Shown here one piece after another: positions 19,813 to 30,900 of a stretch of 64,000 nt of DNA. Source of the stretch: an uncultured bacterium (lineage in GTDB: Bacteria > Verrucomicrobiota > Verrucomicrobiia > Limisphaerales > UBA8199). The translations under genes were made by a program, and so were the position numbers. The DNA lies in the NCBI GenBank assembly GCA_963749495.1, contig CAVVMW010000005.1, forward strand, positions 1-64,000, in the 5' to 3' direction. Under the pieces are notes generated by a model. The model did no database searches, was not told the origin of the DNA, and saw nothing but the letters and a program-made list of their open reading frames with translations. Position 1 is the stretch's first letter. Each line of letters opens with the position of its first letter.

Positions 19813-21816
19813 ATGAACCTCAGGAAAATCCTCCAGACCCTTAGCTTCACTTTGTTTTTCATTCCCTTCGCTGCCACGGCGGAAGAGTTCACCAACGCCA
19901 TCGCCGCCTACGTTCAATACTTCGTCCATGCTCAACTCCCGCATGGATGCATGGTGGTCGGCATTGTGGACGAGAACGGCCCCACCGTCATCGGTTGCGG
20001 AGATTTGGATAACGGGACCGACCGGCAAGCCGACGGTGACACCGTGTTCAGCATCCAATCCGCCAGCTACACCTTCTTCTGTATGCTGCTGGAGAGCATG
20101 GTCGAAAGCGGGGGGGTGCAGCCGGATGAGCCCGTGGCCAAATATCTGCCTGCGTCGGTCAGAATGCCCAGCTACCGCGGCAAACAAATCACCATCCGCC
20201 ACGTGGCCAAGGAAACCTCCGGGCTCCGTCCCTCGCTCGGCGATGCCATCGACCCCAAACGCGCCGACGATCCCCTCGAGGGGTTCACCGCCGAGAAGTT
20301 CTTTGCCCTGGTCTCCAACTGCCATTTAACCGCCGCGCCAGGGACCACGCATTTGCACGGCGGTGTGGACCGCGGGGTGTTGAATCAAGCCCTGGCCCTG
20401 AAAGCCGGGATGGACTACGAATCCCTCCTGCGCGCTCGCGTGCTCCGGCCCTTGAACATGAACGACACCGGGCTCACGCTCACCGCCGAGCAGGAATCCC
20501 GCCTCGCTCCCGAACACAGTAAATTGGGCTGCGCCATGCCAAGATGGCAGGAGGGAGGTTTTATACCCCTGGCTGGGATTTACTCGACCGCCCATGACCT
20601 GCTCAAATTCCTCTCTGCCTCCGTTCCCGACTCATCCCGGCTGCGGCCGCTCTGGGAAAGGACCGTCGCCAACTTTGCCTTTGCTCCCCAGCGACCCGGG
20701 CTGCTCAATGCCGGCGGAGGCTGGTTTGCCAACGGTTGTTACCTCGCGTTCGACAAGGCGCGCCGGCGTGGCGTGGTCGTCCTGGCCAATGCCTACGAGC
20801 CCAGGCGCGAACTGGGCCTTCTCCTGCTCGAAAGCGAATGGCAATCGGACCAGCGCCCGCAACCGGCCAAAGTCAGCTCCCATTTCTGCGCGTCTTGTGC
20901 CGGGCAATATCAACGCCCAGCCAGTCGTGCGCTGGGCTGGTTTGTGCTCCGGCACTACGTGTTCGATACTCCCCGCGCTGCCACTCTGGTTCCGGCCGGC
21001 CTCGGCTTGGCAGCGTTGGCCGTGCTGCTCTGGCGCGCCGGCAGCCCGCGCAGACGGCTGTTGATCCTGGGCGGTGCGGTGCTGGCCGGCGCGGTGTCGG
21101 CTCCGTTCCTGCCGCTGCTTGCCAGCCGCATCTTTTGCGCCCGGCTCCACCCCGGCATCGCCATCCGTTCCGAGGGCGACCGGCTCTTCGCCGAAGCCGC
21201 GGGCTCCGCCTGGTGCGCGCTCGAGGATTGGCCGAGCGCTCGGACCTGGGGACAACCCGTCCACCCCATTGATGTGTGGTTCCCGCCCGTCCCGGTCGAA
21301 TTGCTGCCGGAGTCGGAAGCCCGCTTCTTTGAACGGCTGAGCGGCGCGCCCCTGACCTTTTCTCGCGATGCCCGGGGCGACGCCACCAGCCTTACCCTGC
21401 GCTACCACGGCCAGGACATCAGTTATGAAAGAATCTCCGGCGCGGCGCCAAAAGCGCCCGAACCGGTGAAACCGCCTGTCATCGTCAGGCTTGACACCAA
21501 CCGCCTGGACGCGTGCGTCGGCCGCTACGAGGTCGCTACGAATGCTGTGTTTCCGAACGGGCTGAAGCTGACGGTTTGGCGCGAAGGCGAGCAATTGCTG
21601 GCCCGCGCTCGGCACCCCGGGGGCGACCGCGTCCTGCTCGGCACTTTCCCCCTCTTTCCCGAATCCGAAACCAACTTCCTGGAAAAGCTCACCGGCGCCC
21701 AATTCCGGTTCACCAAAAACGCCCGGGGCCAGGTCACCGCTCTCACCCACCACTCCACGGGCGCCACCTTGGTCTGGTTTCCGGATTGGGAAGCCAAGAA
21801 GGCGTTACAGCGTTAA
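19813..21816 (+). CDS. Serine hydrolase/beta-lactamase-fold protein with DUF3471-like domains; catalytic motifs degenerate
   Basis: DGDTVF, DEPVAKYLP, ITIRHV..TSGL, LRPLNMNDT, GIYSTAHDLLKF. The SxxK position reads SASY. Confidence 0.8.
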   Translation: MNLRKILQTLSFTLFFIPFAATAEEFTNAIAAYVQYFVHAQLPHGCMVVGIVDENGPTVIGCGDLDNGTDRQADGDTVFSIQSASYTFFCMLLESMVESGGVQPDEPVAKYLPASVRMPSYRGKQITIRHVAKETSGLRPSLGDAIDPKRADDPLEGFTAEKFFALVSNCHLTAAPGTTHLHGGVDRGVLNQALALKAGMDYESLLRARVLRPLNMNDTGLTLTAEQESRLAPEHSKLGCAMPRWQEGGFIPLAGIYSTAHDLLKFLSASVPDSSRLRPLWERTVANFAFAPQRPGLLNAGGGWFANGCYLAFDKARRRGVVVLANAYEPRRELGLLLLESEWQSDQRPQPAKVSSHFCASCAGQYQRPASRALGWFVLRHYVFDTPRAATLVPAGLGLAALAVLLWRAGSPRRRLLILGGAVLAGAVSAPFLPLLASRIFCARLHPGIAIRSEGDRLFAEAAGSAWCALEDWPSARTWGQPVHPIDVWFPPVPVELLPESEARFFERLSGAPLTFSRDARGDATSLTLRYHGQDISYERISGAAPKAPEPVKPPVIVRLDTNRLDACVGRYEVATNAVFPNGLKLTVWREGEQLLARARHPGGDRVLLGTFPLFPESETNFLEKLTGAQFRFTKNARGQVTALTHHSTGATLVWFPDWEAKKALQR

Positions 21817-22091
21817 AACCTCTTCCAGGCGACAAGTGTGACGATAGCCCTTGCTGTGTCAGGCACGAAGCCCGACTGGATAATCTCCAAACACGACTAT
21901 CGCCCCCCCGAAAGGGGCACCCACCATTACCTCTGTTGAGCGTTCTCGATTTAGCTTCGGGCCGGATTCTGGCAGAGCCTCTCCGTGACATCGGATCGGA
22001 CACGGACGCTCAGTCTTGTGGAGGGGGCCGGTAAAATCGCGCCCGAGTCGTCCTGAATGGTCCTAAAGGCTGCTGCCAGTCGTAAAATGGG

Positions 22092-22709
22092 TCAAAAGCG
22101 CTTGGACTCCACCACCTTAACGGAGACGGGCAGTGGCGATTCGAGGGCGCGAGCGAGGTCCTCGGCCTCCGCCGCGGTGAAGTGGCCTGTCAGTTGGCCG
22201 CTGCCCGCGGTAATCGGAGCGCGAATCACAGGCGCCCACAATGCTCTGCCGTCCACGACGATGGCGAGACGAGGTCCAACATTCTCCCGAGTCAGTTTCG
22301 CGAACGCGGCAGCCGCCTCCGGCTTGAACGTGAAATTGATAACTCGGCGGCCGAGATTGTCGCGCCCTCCGGCTGCGCTCTGGACCACGCTGCCCTTGAA
22401 CTCCGGCTCAGGCTGCTCTTTAACTACGAGTTGTTCGACCATCCGTGTGCCGCCCCGCATCTCTTCCAGCGGCATTGTCTTGTAACCGGGCGGAACTACG
22501 CCGTGCGCCACAAGCTCCGGTGAATTGGGGTGCACCAAAAAGAAATCGAGTTCGCCAGAGCGAAATAGGGCGTCTGCGGTGGGTTGAACCCCCTCGCCAT
22601 CGGGGGCCTTGACCAACACCCGGGCCCGCGTCGGCGACGCCGCTTTCCAGTAAGCTGAAACGCCGAGTTTGCCGGCTCGGCGGGCCAGGGCCTTTTTCAT
22701 TGCCGACAA
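22092..22709 (-). CDS. SecD/SecF P1-head-like domain, probably the frameshifted C-terminus of the M56 protein
   Basis: INFTFKPEAAAAFAKLTRENVGPRLAIVVDG..APVIRAPITAGSGQLTGHFTAAEAEDLA; no SecD TM domain. Confidence 0.75.
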   Translation of the reverse strand: MSAMKKALARRAGKLGVSAYWKAASPTRARVLVKAPDGEGVQPTADALFRSGELDFFLVHPNSPELVAHGVVPPGYKTMPLEEMRGGTRMVEQLVVKEQPEPEFKGSVVQSAAGGRDNLGRRVINFTFKPEAAAAFAKLTRENVGPRLAIVVDGRALWAPVIRAPITAGSGQLTGHFTAAEAEDLARALESPLPVSVKVVESKRF

Positions 22710-22750
22710 GTCGTTCGTCGCTGCATGGCCCTCCGGGACCCGCGCCTCGA

Positions 22751-25702
22751 TCAGGAGTCGAGGCCATGCTTGGGTGGCTTGGCGAGAAAGCCCGTATGCG
22801 AGTCTGCGGAGGCGGGCTCTGCCCTTCGCCCCGCGGTCGTCGCGGCTTCGGGCGTTGAGGCGGAGTTGGTTGGGCCGGCAGGACCGGGCGAGGTGGAAGG
22901 CGACTCAGGTGTTGAAGGCGGCGATGCGGGGGAAGGAGCCGGCGTTGGAGTTCCGCCCCCGGAAATGCTGCGCATGGCTTGAAATGCCGCTCTGTGGATC
23001 TCCGGGTCTTCATCGTTCAAACACGCTTGGACTTGTGGCAGGGCTGCCTTGGCAGCCGGTCCGATGTCGCCGAGCAACATTATCGCTTGCACGCGCGGGA
23101 AATCCGGCTCTTCCGTAAGCGAGCCCAGGACGGGTAGAACCCGAGGAACCTGGCTGGGGTCAAGGTGCCAAATCGCCTTGGCGGCTGCGAACCGCACCAG
23201 CGGATCCTGGTCGTCCAGCAATCGCGCGAGCGCCGGAAGGGCTTGCGTCGCCGGCGGCCCCATCTCCTCCAGCGCCAGGGCGGGACCGTCACCCCTCAGC
23301 GAATGTTGGTTGATCATCTCGATGAAGACCGACAAAGCCAGCGGCACATACTCTGAATCAATCCGCCACAAGGCACCCGCCGCCACAAACCGGATCGAGG
23401 CATTTTGATCTTGGAGTAGCTTTCGGATGGCGGGAACGGCACTCTTGGCGGGCGGTCCGATCCGACCCAGTGTTTCGATCGCGACAGAACGCGCAGCTTG
23501 ATCAGTATCGTCGAGGCACGACAGGATGCAGGGCACGGTATTGCTGTCCGCCAGGCCGATGGTGCCCAGGGTATTGATGGCGTAACAACGATACTTGCGG
23601 GCCGGATTGCGCGCCCATTCGATGAGCGCGGGGACAGCCTGGGCCACATTCGTATCGTGGCGGGCATCAGCGGCCATGAGCCTGTTCAGTGAATCCACGA
23701 TGTCAGATTGGCTGGCGGGCGCCTGGAGGATCGCGATCACCTCCTGAACGCCTCCTTTGGGCAGGGAATAGTGCCCCCCCCATTTCTTCTCCTCACCGGC
23801 GAGCAAGGCGCGCCCGATTTCTCGCCCCTCAGGAGTCTGCGGCTTCAGGCTTTCCAGGGCGTAGTAAATGGTGCGCTGCAGGTGTTCTGCAGCGGGCCGG
23901 TAGGCGGAGGCCAGCGCTCGTTCCATCGCAAGCCGATTGGTATGCATTTCCATGAAGGCAAACGTCAGTTGGTCAGCCGAGGTTTCAGCGGTTCTTTGGT
24001 CCAGAGTTCCCGGCCGTTCGCCCGCTGCCCGGTTGCAGGCCTCTTCAAAGCTCTCGACCAGGAGTCTTGAGACCGGCTCGGAATCCGGGGCGATCCTGGC
24101 CAGCGCTAAACCGGCGGCGGTGTTCCGACGCTTCAGCGCCGCCATCAATGCGGGCACGGCCTCGCTGGCGGCAGGGCCGATGTCTCGCAACGACATCGCC
24201 GCCCCACGGGCCACCTCTTTGTCCTGGTCCTCCAGAGCGCTGCCCAGGGCCTGGATTGCCTCTGGTGGGATTGGGCTATCCAGTTGGCCAAGCAGCCAGG
24301 CTGCCTTTTGGCGCTGGTCCGACGCGGTGGCAGTGGCCAATTCGTTGGTCAGGAAGGCCACCGCCTTCTGGCCGTGCCCCTTGAACTCGCGGCGCAGCCC
24401 CTCTTGCGCGCGATCGTGGCCGACAAAGTCGAGCTTGATCTCGGCAAAAAGCCGGGCCAGAGAGGGCGCGTTTGTCGCCGGTGCAAGCGCCGGCGCCGAG
24501 CCACCCGGATTGGTAGCAATAACCCGGACCGGGGTTCGGATCGAGGCTGTGGCCTGTTGTCTATCCGAAGCGGTCTGGCTTCTAAGCCCGGGGAGCAGCA
24601 GGAATCCCATTCCCAAAAGCAGGATGAAACCCCAGGCCGAGAGCCGGTAGGCGCGCGGCACTCCTGCATCCATAATGCGCGCAAGCCGCCGGCCCAGGGG
24701 GTGTAGTCGCTCGCCAAAGCCCAGCGCCCCGGTCAGCGGCTCGGGGCGGCCAAATTCAACGGCCGCCCGCAGGAGCGTGTCGCAATAGAGATCGCTGGAG
24801 GTCAGTTTGCGCGCCAATAACAAGTCGTCGCAGCAGTCTTCCCGGACCTTGCGCAAGGCCGTGTTCAACAGCCACAGCAGCGGATTGAACCACCAGATCG
24901 CTTGCAGAAGGATCTGCGCCCAGTTCACCCAGAGATCGCTTCGGCGGAAATGGGCCAACTCATGGGCCAGGATGACCTTCAGTTCCTGTCCCGAAAGCCG
25001 GGAGAGGTTCGTCGCCGGCATGAGAATGGTTGGATGAAGGACTCCGAACGCAACCGGGGCCGTGACACGGTCCGAGATTCTTAGCGCGGGAATTCGCTTC
25101 ATCCTCAGAGCGGCTGCCAGCGTGTTCAGCATCAGGGGCAGCGGCCCCTCGGTAACTGCACGGCTGCCGCGGACCGCGTGACGAAGACGGCTCAGTTGGC
25201 GCGCAATCCAGAGGAACATGGCGGCACAACCAGCAAAGTGCAGGAGCATAAGCCAGGCCGTCCAATGGAGCCCGGTGCCTTTGGCGAAGCCGGTCGATGA
25301 ATGAGCAGAGGCCGCCTGAGCGGCGAACCTGCCCGAATCAGGCTGGCTTGTCATTTCCCCCTCCGCCTCCGCGTCCGGTCTGATGGAAGCGGCACGGGCT
25401 TGCACAGGACCAGGCGCCCCAGCCAATGAGGATTGACTCTGCGGCCGCGCCAGGGCCGAAGAAACCAACTGCGGCCCGAGTTGGCTGAATGCCCCGGAAG
25501 GCACCGAGAGGAATGGCGGGAAGGCGAACTTGAACAAGGCCAACAGCAGGAGCCCGTAGCGCCAGGGTGCCGGCCATTTTCGCCCCAGGGCAGCCAGGCC
25601 CAACAGGATCGCGGTCGTGAGGGCAGCCTGCCAGGTGGCGTGCAGGGTGTATTCCCACCAACTTGGCGAAAGCTGATTCAACAGGTCGGCGAGCGTATTC
25701 AT
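22751..25702 (-). CDS. BlaR1/MecR1-type M56 peptidase with HEAT repeats
   Basis: LAHELAHFRRSD, WWFNPLLW, REDCCDD; C-terminal HEAT repeats; overlaps the blaI-like stop (ATGA). Confidence 0.92.
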   Translation of the reverse strand: MNTLADLLNQLSPSWWEYTLHATWQAALTTAILLGLAALGRKWPAPWRYGLLLLALFKFAFPPFLSVPSGAFSQLGPQLVSSALARPQSQSSLAGAPGPVQARAASIRPDAEAEGEMTSQPDSGRFAAQAASAHSSTGFAKGTGLHWTAWLMLLHFAGCAAMFLWIARQLSRLRHAVRGSRAVTEGPLPLMLNTLAAALRMKRIPALRISDRVTAPVAFGVLHPTILMPATNLSRLSGQELKVILAHELAHFRRSDLWVNWAQILLQAIWWFNPLLWLLNTALRKVREDCCDDLLLARKLTSSDLYCDTLLRAAVEFGRPEPLTGALGFGERLHPLGRRLARIMDAGVPRAYRLSAWGFILLLGMGFLLLPGLRSQTASDRQQATASIRTPVRVIATNPGGSAPALAPATNAPSLARLFAEIKLDFVGHDRAQEGLRREFKGHGQKAVAFLTNELATATASDQRQKAAWLLGQLDSPIPPEAIQALGSALEDQDKEVARGAAMSLRDIGPAASEAVPALMAALKRRNTAAGLALARIAPDSEPVSRLLVESFEEACNRAAGERPGTLDQRTAETSADQLTFAFMEMHTNRLAMERALASAYRPAAEHLQRTIYYALESLKPQTPEGREIGRALLAGEEKKWGGHYSLPKGGVQEVIAILQAPASQSDIVDSLNRLMAADARHDTNVAQAVPALIEWARNPARKYRCYAINTLGTIGLADSNTVPCILSCLDDTDQAARSVAIETLGRIGPPAKSAVPAIRKLLQDQNASIRFVAAGALWRIDSEYVPLALSVFIEMINQHSLRGDGPALALEEMGPPATQALPALARLLDDQDPLVRFAAAKAIWHLDPSQVPRVLPVLGSLTEEPDFPRVQAIMLLGDIGPAAKAALPQVQACLNDEDPEIHRAAFQAMRSISGGGTPTPAPSPASPPSTPESPSTSPGPAGPTNSASTPEAATTAGRRAEPASADSHTGFLAKPPKHGLDS

Positions 25703-26106
25703 TTTCGGTTCTCCTTTCCTGGGCGGTTCTGACGGCGTAACTCATCCAACATGGTCCGGAGCTTCTCCACCTCTTGGCCCGTGGGGGGCCGGGTTTCGAA
25801 GAGCGAAGCCACCAATGAAACGGGGTCCCCCTGGAATACCCGATGCACGAGGTCAGCGAGCAAGTGGGTGAACGTGGATTTCCGGGGTCGAGTGGCGTGA
25901 TAGACAAAGGCCTTGCCCACCGGGCCCTTCTTCCTCGCGAGCAACCGCTTGGCCTCCAGGCGCTTTAACAAGGTGAGCACCGAGCCATGGGCCATGGGCC
26001 GATAACCGCGGAGGCTCTCCCGGATCTGACGCGCCGTGGCCTCAGGCAGCCGATAAACGCAGGCCAGCACGTCTCGCTCCGCCGGCGGCAAACGAAATGT
26101 TCTCAT
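25699..26106 (-). CDS. blaI: BlaI/MecI/CopY-family transcriptional repressor
   Basis: LPPAERDVLACVY...SVLTLLKRLEAK...GKAFVY...VFQGDPVSLVASL. Confidence 0.92.
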   Translation of the reverse strand: MRTFRLPPAERDVLACVYRLPEATARQIRESLRGYRPMAHGSVLTLLKRLEAKRLLARKKGPVGKAFVYHATRPRKSTFTHLLADLVHRVFQGDPVSLVASLFETRPPTGQEVEKLRTMLDELRRQNRPGKENRK

Positions 26107-26161
26107 AAAAATGCTCCTGCAGAGGGACTGGAAATTCCGCGCCCGTCCCCAGACTGACCCC

Positions 26162-26190
26162 ATTATCTAGACTTTTGTCTTTTTTGTCAA
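26162..26190 (-). promoter_or_regulatory. Sigma70 promoter with palindromic operator for the blaI/blaR1-like operon
   Basis: TTGACA-N17-GATAAT on the minus strand; palindrome AGAC-N4-GTCT (26169-26180) in the spacer. Confidence 0.75.
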
Positions 26191-26230
26191 TGGAGAAGAA
26201 ATGAAAAAAGACAGGCGTCTCAATTCTGGC

Positions 26231-27604
26231 TCAGAACCCCTTCCACGACCAGCTTGGCGCTTCCTCGTAAGCGAAACGGACTTTGTCTCCCGGATTGAGG
26301 ATAAAGGTTTGGCCCGGGGTGAGGCCGCTCCGGAGGGCGCAGCTTTGTCCTTTCGCATCCGTCTGTGTCCATTCCAGGACCTTGCCGGCGGTGAGGATTT
26401 GCACCTGGACCGGCCCGAGGTTGCGGTTGGCCACTTCCTGGCCGGAGGCCGGGACGGTCGGCGTGGCAACGGTCTCCGGGGCAGATGGAGCGATAAGTCG
26501 GTTGGTGGGGCGCTTGGCCATATTGGTGAATCCGCCGGCCAGGCCGGCGCTGAGAATGAGGTTGTCATGGGCCGGTTCCTCAATCACCAAACCGCGCTCC
26601 GGATCGGCGCTCAGCACGTCGAGCCAAAGCGAATTGCGATTGCCGAAGACCCGGACGCCGGTGGTGTGGGGGATGTCCCCGCTGATGCCGGCGATGATTC
26701 GATTGCCCGACACCTCCGGCGCGCTGGCGTCGCCGAGCTGGATGCCCAGATTGGTCAGGTGAATCCACTGGGCCTCGACCAGGTTGTTATGCGAGCCTTG
26801 CATCAGGCAAGCCCCGACGCGGCAAGCGTTGACCTCGAGGATAAAAATCCGGTTTCCGCTGATGCCGGCGTGAGTGGTGTCGAAGAGCAACCCGGTGCTC
26901 TTCTGCTGGGAGGACTTGCCCCACACGTCGCCGGCGCCGACCAGGCCGTTGAACTCGAAGGTGCTGGCGACGCAGCAGGCGAAATTGTCAGGCCCTTTGG
27001 TCGTGGGGGCAAGGCGGACGACCGCGCCGTCGGATTTCTGCATGGCAATGAGGCCGAACTTGAGCCGGGAGTTCATCTGGCTGTCAATGACCACGGCGTC
27101 GCCTTCCTCCCCGGTGTAAAACAGGACATATTCGCCCCCGTCCAGGCGCCAATCCTGCATCCAGGGAATGCGCAGAGTTTGGTCGAGCCGATAGCTGACG
27201 CCCTTCTGGAGCATAGAGTTGTTGCCGCCCCCCACGATATAAACGTCTCTGACCTCCTCGTGCGCGCGATTGAAGGCCTCCTGGAGGCCGGAGGTTTTGG
27301 TGCCCGGCGTGCCGGGCCCGAAATCCCCGCCGTCGGCCGGGCCGTTGGGGGTCACCACGATGTAATCGAGGCTGCGCCATTGGCTGGCCGCGGCCCTCGG
27401 TTCGGCCGGGTTGGTGGGTTGAGCGAGAGCCGCCCCGGCTAGCAGCGTAGCCCAGGCCCAACTCACGAGCGTCCTCGATCGGGGAGACAGGCTCAGGGAG
27501 CCTCCGCAGGAAGGTTTGTATTGGCGGGTCAAGCCAGTCTTTGGGGCTCGGCCATGGAGGATTTGTTCCAAGCGGGATCGAAGGAAAGGGGGAGCGTGGT
27601 TCAT
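26231..27604 (-). CDS. Secreted hypothetical protein, pectin-lyase-like beta-helix
   Basis: Signal-like WATLLAGAALAQ, GTKTSGLQEAFN cap and Asn/Gly ladder; start uncertain. Confidence 0.65.
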   Translation of the reverse strand: MNHAPPFLRSRLEQILHGRAPKTGLTRQYKPSCGGSLSLSPRSRTLVSWAWATLLAGAALAQPTNPAEPRAAASQWRSLDYIVVTPNGPADGGDFGPGTPGTKTSGLQEAFNRAHEEVRDVYIVGGGNNSMLQKGVSYRLDQTLRIPWMQDWRLDGGEYVLFYTGEEGDAVVIDSQMNSRLKFGLIAMQKSDGAVVRLAPTTKGPDNFACCVASTFEFNGLVGAGDVWGKSSQQKSTGLLFDTTHAGISGNRIFILEVNACRVGACLMQGSHNNLVEAQWIHLTNLGIQLGDASAPEVSGNRIIAGISGDIPHTTGVRVFGNRNSLWLDVLSADPERGLVIEEPAHDNLILSAGLAGGFTNMAKRPTNRLIAPSAPETVATPTVPASGQEVANRNLGPVQVQILTAGKVLEWTQTDAKGQSCALRSGLTPGQTFILNPGDKVRFAYEEAPSWSWKGF

Positions 27605-27711
27605 GGCCAGCAGGCTATCACCATTGAGAAGCTGCGAGGAAGCAAAACCGACGGCCTCGGAATGGACGGACACTTTGATCCATGACCATCGCGGGCGTCC
27701 CTGGCCGTGAG

Positions 27712-27846
27712 GGAAACGAGAATGGAATTGCGTTTGCCGACGGCCCGGGCAGCGCCGCTCACTCCTACTCCCCGCGTGGCCTCGCCGTGGACAGCGCCGG
27801 CGGTATTTATGTGGCGGACACCGGGAACGCCGCAGTTCGAAAGCTC
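27712..27846 (+). pseudogene. NHL-repeat fragment
   Basis: ADGPGSAAHSYSPRGLAVDSAGGIYVADTGNAAVRKL, a single isolated repeat. Confidence 0.6.
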
Positions 27847-27949
27847 GCGTGGGGAGCGGCTGTGACGAAAACCGGAATGTGCAACGACTCGCAGGAAACG
27901 GCCTCGATTGGCAGTTGGCAATTGACCGGGGGCCTCCATATTGGTGCGG

Positions 27950-30900
27950 GTGTCAGTTGAACTTACAGAGGCGCTGCTGAGCAAGGCGGCCGGCTGGGAC
28001 GTGATGAAACGCGCGCGCCTTTACCTGGCGCAGGGGCAGGTGCTCAGTTCGTATTGGGCCGCGCCGTTGCTGCGCGGGGTGGTCCAGGCCGACGGCGTGT
28101 CTTTCCGCGCCTCGATTGTGATCCACAGCGACATCGACCTCGAGAACCTCTGCACCTGCCGCGAGGCGCGCGAATGGGGAAAGATCTGCGCTCACGTCGT
28201 GGGGGTCGGCTTGCATTGGCTCAAGGCCCAGCAACCTCAAGCAGCCCCTGCCCCGCCGCGCTCCTCGGCGAGCGCCGGGGCCTCAGCGCCCGCCCCCAGG
28301 CGCGCCCCGGCATTGGAACGGGATGCCGCGGGCCAACCGGCTGAGCTCTTCATCATTCTCCCGCCCAACCTCGACCAGGCCTTGGCGCGCGGCAAAGTGA
28401 TGCTGGTGCTCGAAGCCAAGTGGAGCGGCGGACGCTGCCCGCTGAGCGCGCTGCCGAGAGGACGGACTTATGCCTTTTCCCCCCGGGACACCGTGGTGCT
28501 CGAGCGGCTCGAAACTCTGGCCGGCGGCGAAACGCCCGCTGTGCTCCAGCTCCCGGTCAAGGACCTCGCCTCGCTGCTCCCGGCGCTGGCAGGTCATCCA
28601 AACGTGACGCTCGGCAAAGCCACCGAGGTCACCATCACCCGGACGCCGCTCCACCTGCCCATACGCGCGACCCTCGAAGGAAACGGCGAGATCGTCCTTG
28701 CCCTCAAGTCCAAACCGGCCTCCCTGGCAATACTCGAAGACTGGGCCTGGCAACACCCCACCTTCCAACCGCTCGGCCTGCCGCCGTCCAGTGGGGCTGG
28801 CATCACGTCTGCCCCGCCGTCTTCGATGCTGCGCAACCTGTTCCAGGCCCCGGCTCGAGTGCCTCGCTCCCAGGTCCCGCTCCTCCTCAGCCAGGATTGG
28901 CCACGACTGCTGGCCGCCGGCGAAGTGGAAGCCAATTTCAAACTCGAGAACTTCACGCTAGAACCACAGGCGCCGCGCTTCCTCCTGGAACTCAGGGGTG
29001 GCCTGGCGCAACTCACCGGCCTGCTGCAGTGCGGCTATGGTCCGCGCATCATGACCCTGGGCGTAACGGCCCCAGGCGAGACCGTCTGGCTGCCCGACCC
29101 GGACGCGCCGACGCGCTATTCCACGCGCGACCTCGGCGCCGAGCGCGCGGCGCTGGCCCGTTTGCAGCGCAGCGGCTTCTCCGGACCGGACGCACAGGGG
29201 AGACTGCAACTCCTGGGGCAGAATGCCGTGCTCAATTTCTTCGCCCGCGAGTTCCCCAAGCTCCAGCGCGAGTGGAGTGTGACGCTCGAGGAACGGCTCG
29301 AACGCAGCGCCACCCACAACCTCGAACGTATCGAGCCGCAGTTCCAAGTCACGCCCTCAGGCGTGCAGTGGTTCGATTTGGGCGTGGTGTTTGCCTCCAG
29401 CGGCGGTCAAACGTTTTCGGCCGCGGACATCCAGCGCCTGCTCCTCTCCGGCCAGAGCCACACCCGGCTCAAAAACGGCAGGATGGCGCTCATCGATACG
29501 GGGGCCGTCGAGGAATTGCAGGAGGTGCTGCGCGATTGCGCCCCCGAGCAGCACGGCCAGGGCTACCGCCTGAGCAGTGCCCAGGCCGGTTTTCTGGACG
29601 CTACCCTGCGGCAGCAGGCCGGTTGGCGGGTGGCAGCCCCGGCGGCCTGGCGCGAGCGCGCCGCGCGCCAACGCGGCGAGACAAAGCTCGAATGCCCGCC
29701 GCTCGAGGACCTCGACGCTGTGCTCCGGCCCTATCAAAAGCAGGGCGTGGCCTGGCTGCGGTTCCTGCGCGACAACAGTTTCGGCGGCATCCTCGCCGAC
29801 GAAATGGGCCTGGGCAAAACGGTCCAAACCCTGGCCTTCGTCCGGCACGTCCGCCGCCAGGAACCGGGCGGCGCCCCGATGCTGGTGATTTGTCCCACCA
29901 GCCTCGTCTTCAACTGGGTCGCCGAGGCGAAAAAGTTCACCCCATCCCTCAAGGTCCTGGCCCTGCACGGACCCGAGCGGCATGCCGCCTTCGCCCAAAT
30001 ACCGCAGAGCGACTTGGTGGTCACCAGCTATGCCCTCATCCGCCGAGACGCCGAACGCTACCGGGAGTTGGAATTCGGCATCGCGGTGCTCGATGAAGCC
30101 CAGCACATCAAGAACCGACAGACCCAAAACGCGCAGGCGGTCAAATCCGTGCGGGCGCGACAGCGACTGGTGCTGACCGGGACCCCGCTCGAGAATTCCG
30201 TGCTCGACCTGTGGTCTATCTTCGACTTCCTCATGCCCGGCTACCTCGGGACGGCGCAGGACTTCCGCGAGCGCTACGAACTACCCATCACGCGCGAGAA
30301 GGACGGTTCCGCCCAGGCCCGGCTCGCGCGCCGGCTGCGTCCGTTCCTGCTGCGCCGGCTCAAAAAGGAAGTCGCCGCCGACCTGCCCGCAAAGATCGAG
30401 CAGGTGTCATTCTGCGAACTCACTCCCGACCAGCGCAGCGCCTATCAGCAGGTCATCAAGGCCGGCCGCAAGGAGATTCTCGACGCGGCGGCGGACGCCT
30501 CTGGACAAGCCCGCAGCCGGATGATGGTCCTCAAGGCGTTGCTGCGGCTGCGGCAGGTCTGCTGCGATTTGCGCCTGCTCAAACTCGAAGGCGTGGACCC
30601 AGCCAACGCCTCCGGCAAGCTCGAGGTCTTCGACGAACTGCTCGAGGAAATCATCGACGGCGGCCATCGCGCGCTAGTCTTCAGCCAGTTCGTCTCCCTG
30701 CTGGCGCTCCTCAAGGAGAAGCTCACCGCCGAGGGCATCGAGTTCTGCTACCTCGACGGCTCGACAGTGGATCGCGCCGCCGTCGTGGCCCGGTTCCAGA
30801 ACAACAGCGCCATCCCCGTCTTCCTCATCAGCCTCAAAGCCGGCGGCACCGGCCTGAACCTGACCGGCGCCGACACCGTCATCCACTTCGATCCCTGGTG

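Noticed and set aside
22092..22709. Genuine secD gene
   Set aside because: Only the periplasmic head-like part is present, with no TM domain and no yajC/secF context.
22748..22756. UGA ending the M56 gene as a second selenocysteine codon
   Set aside because: The downstream SecD-like domain is in a different frame; a one-base indel explains it better.
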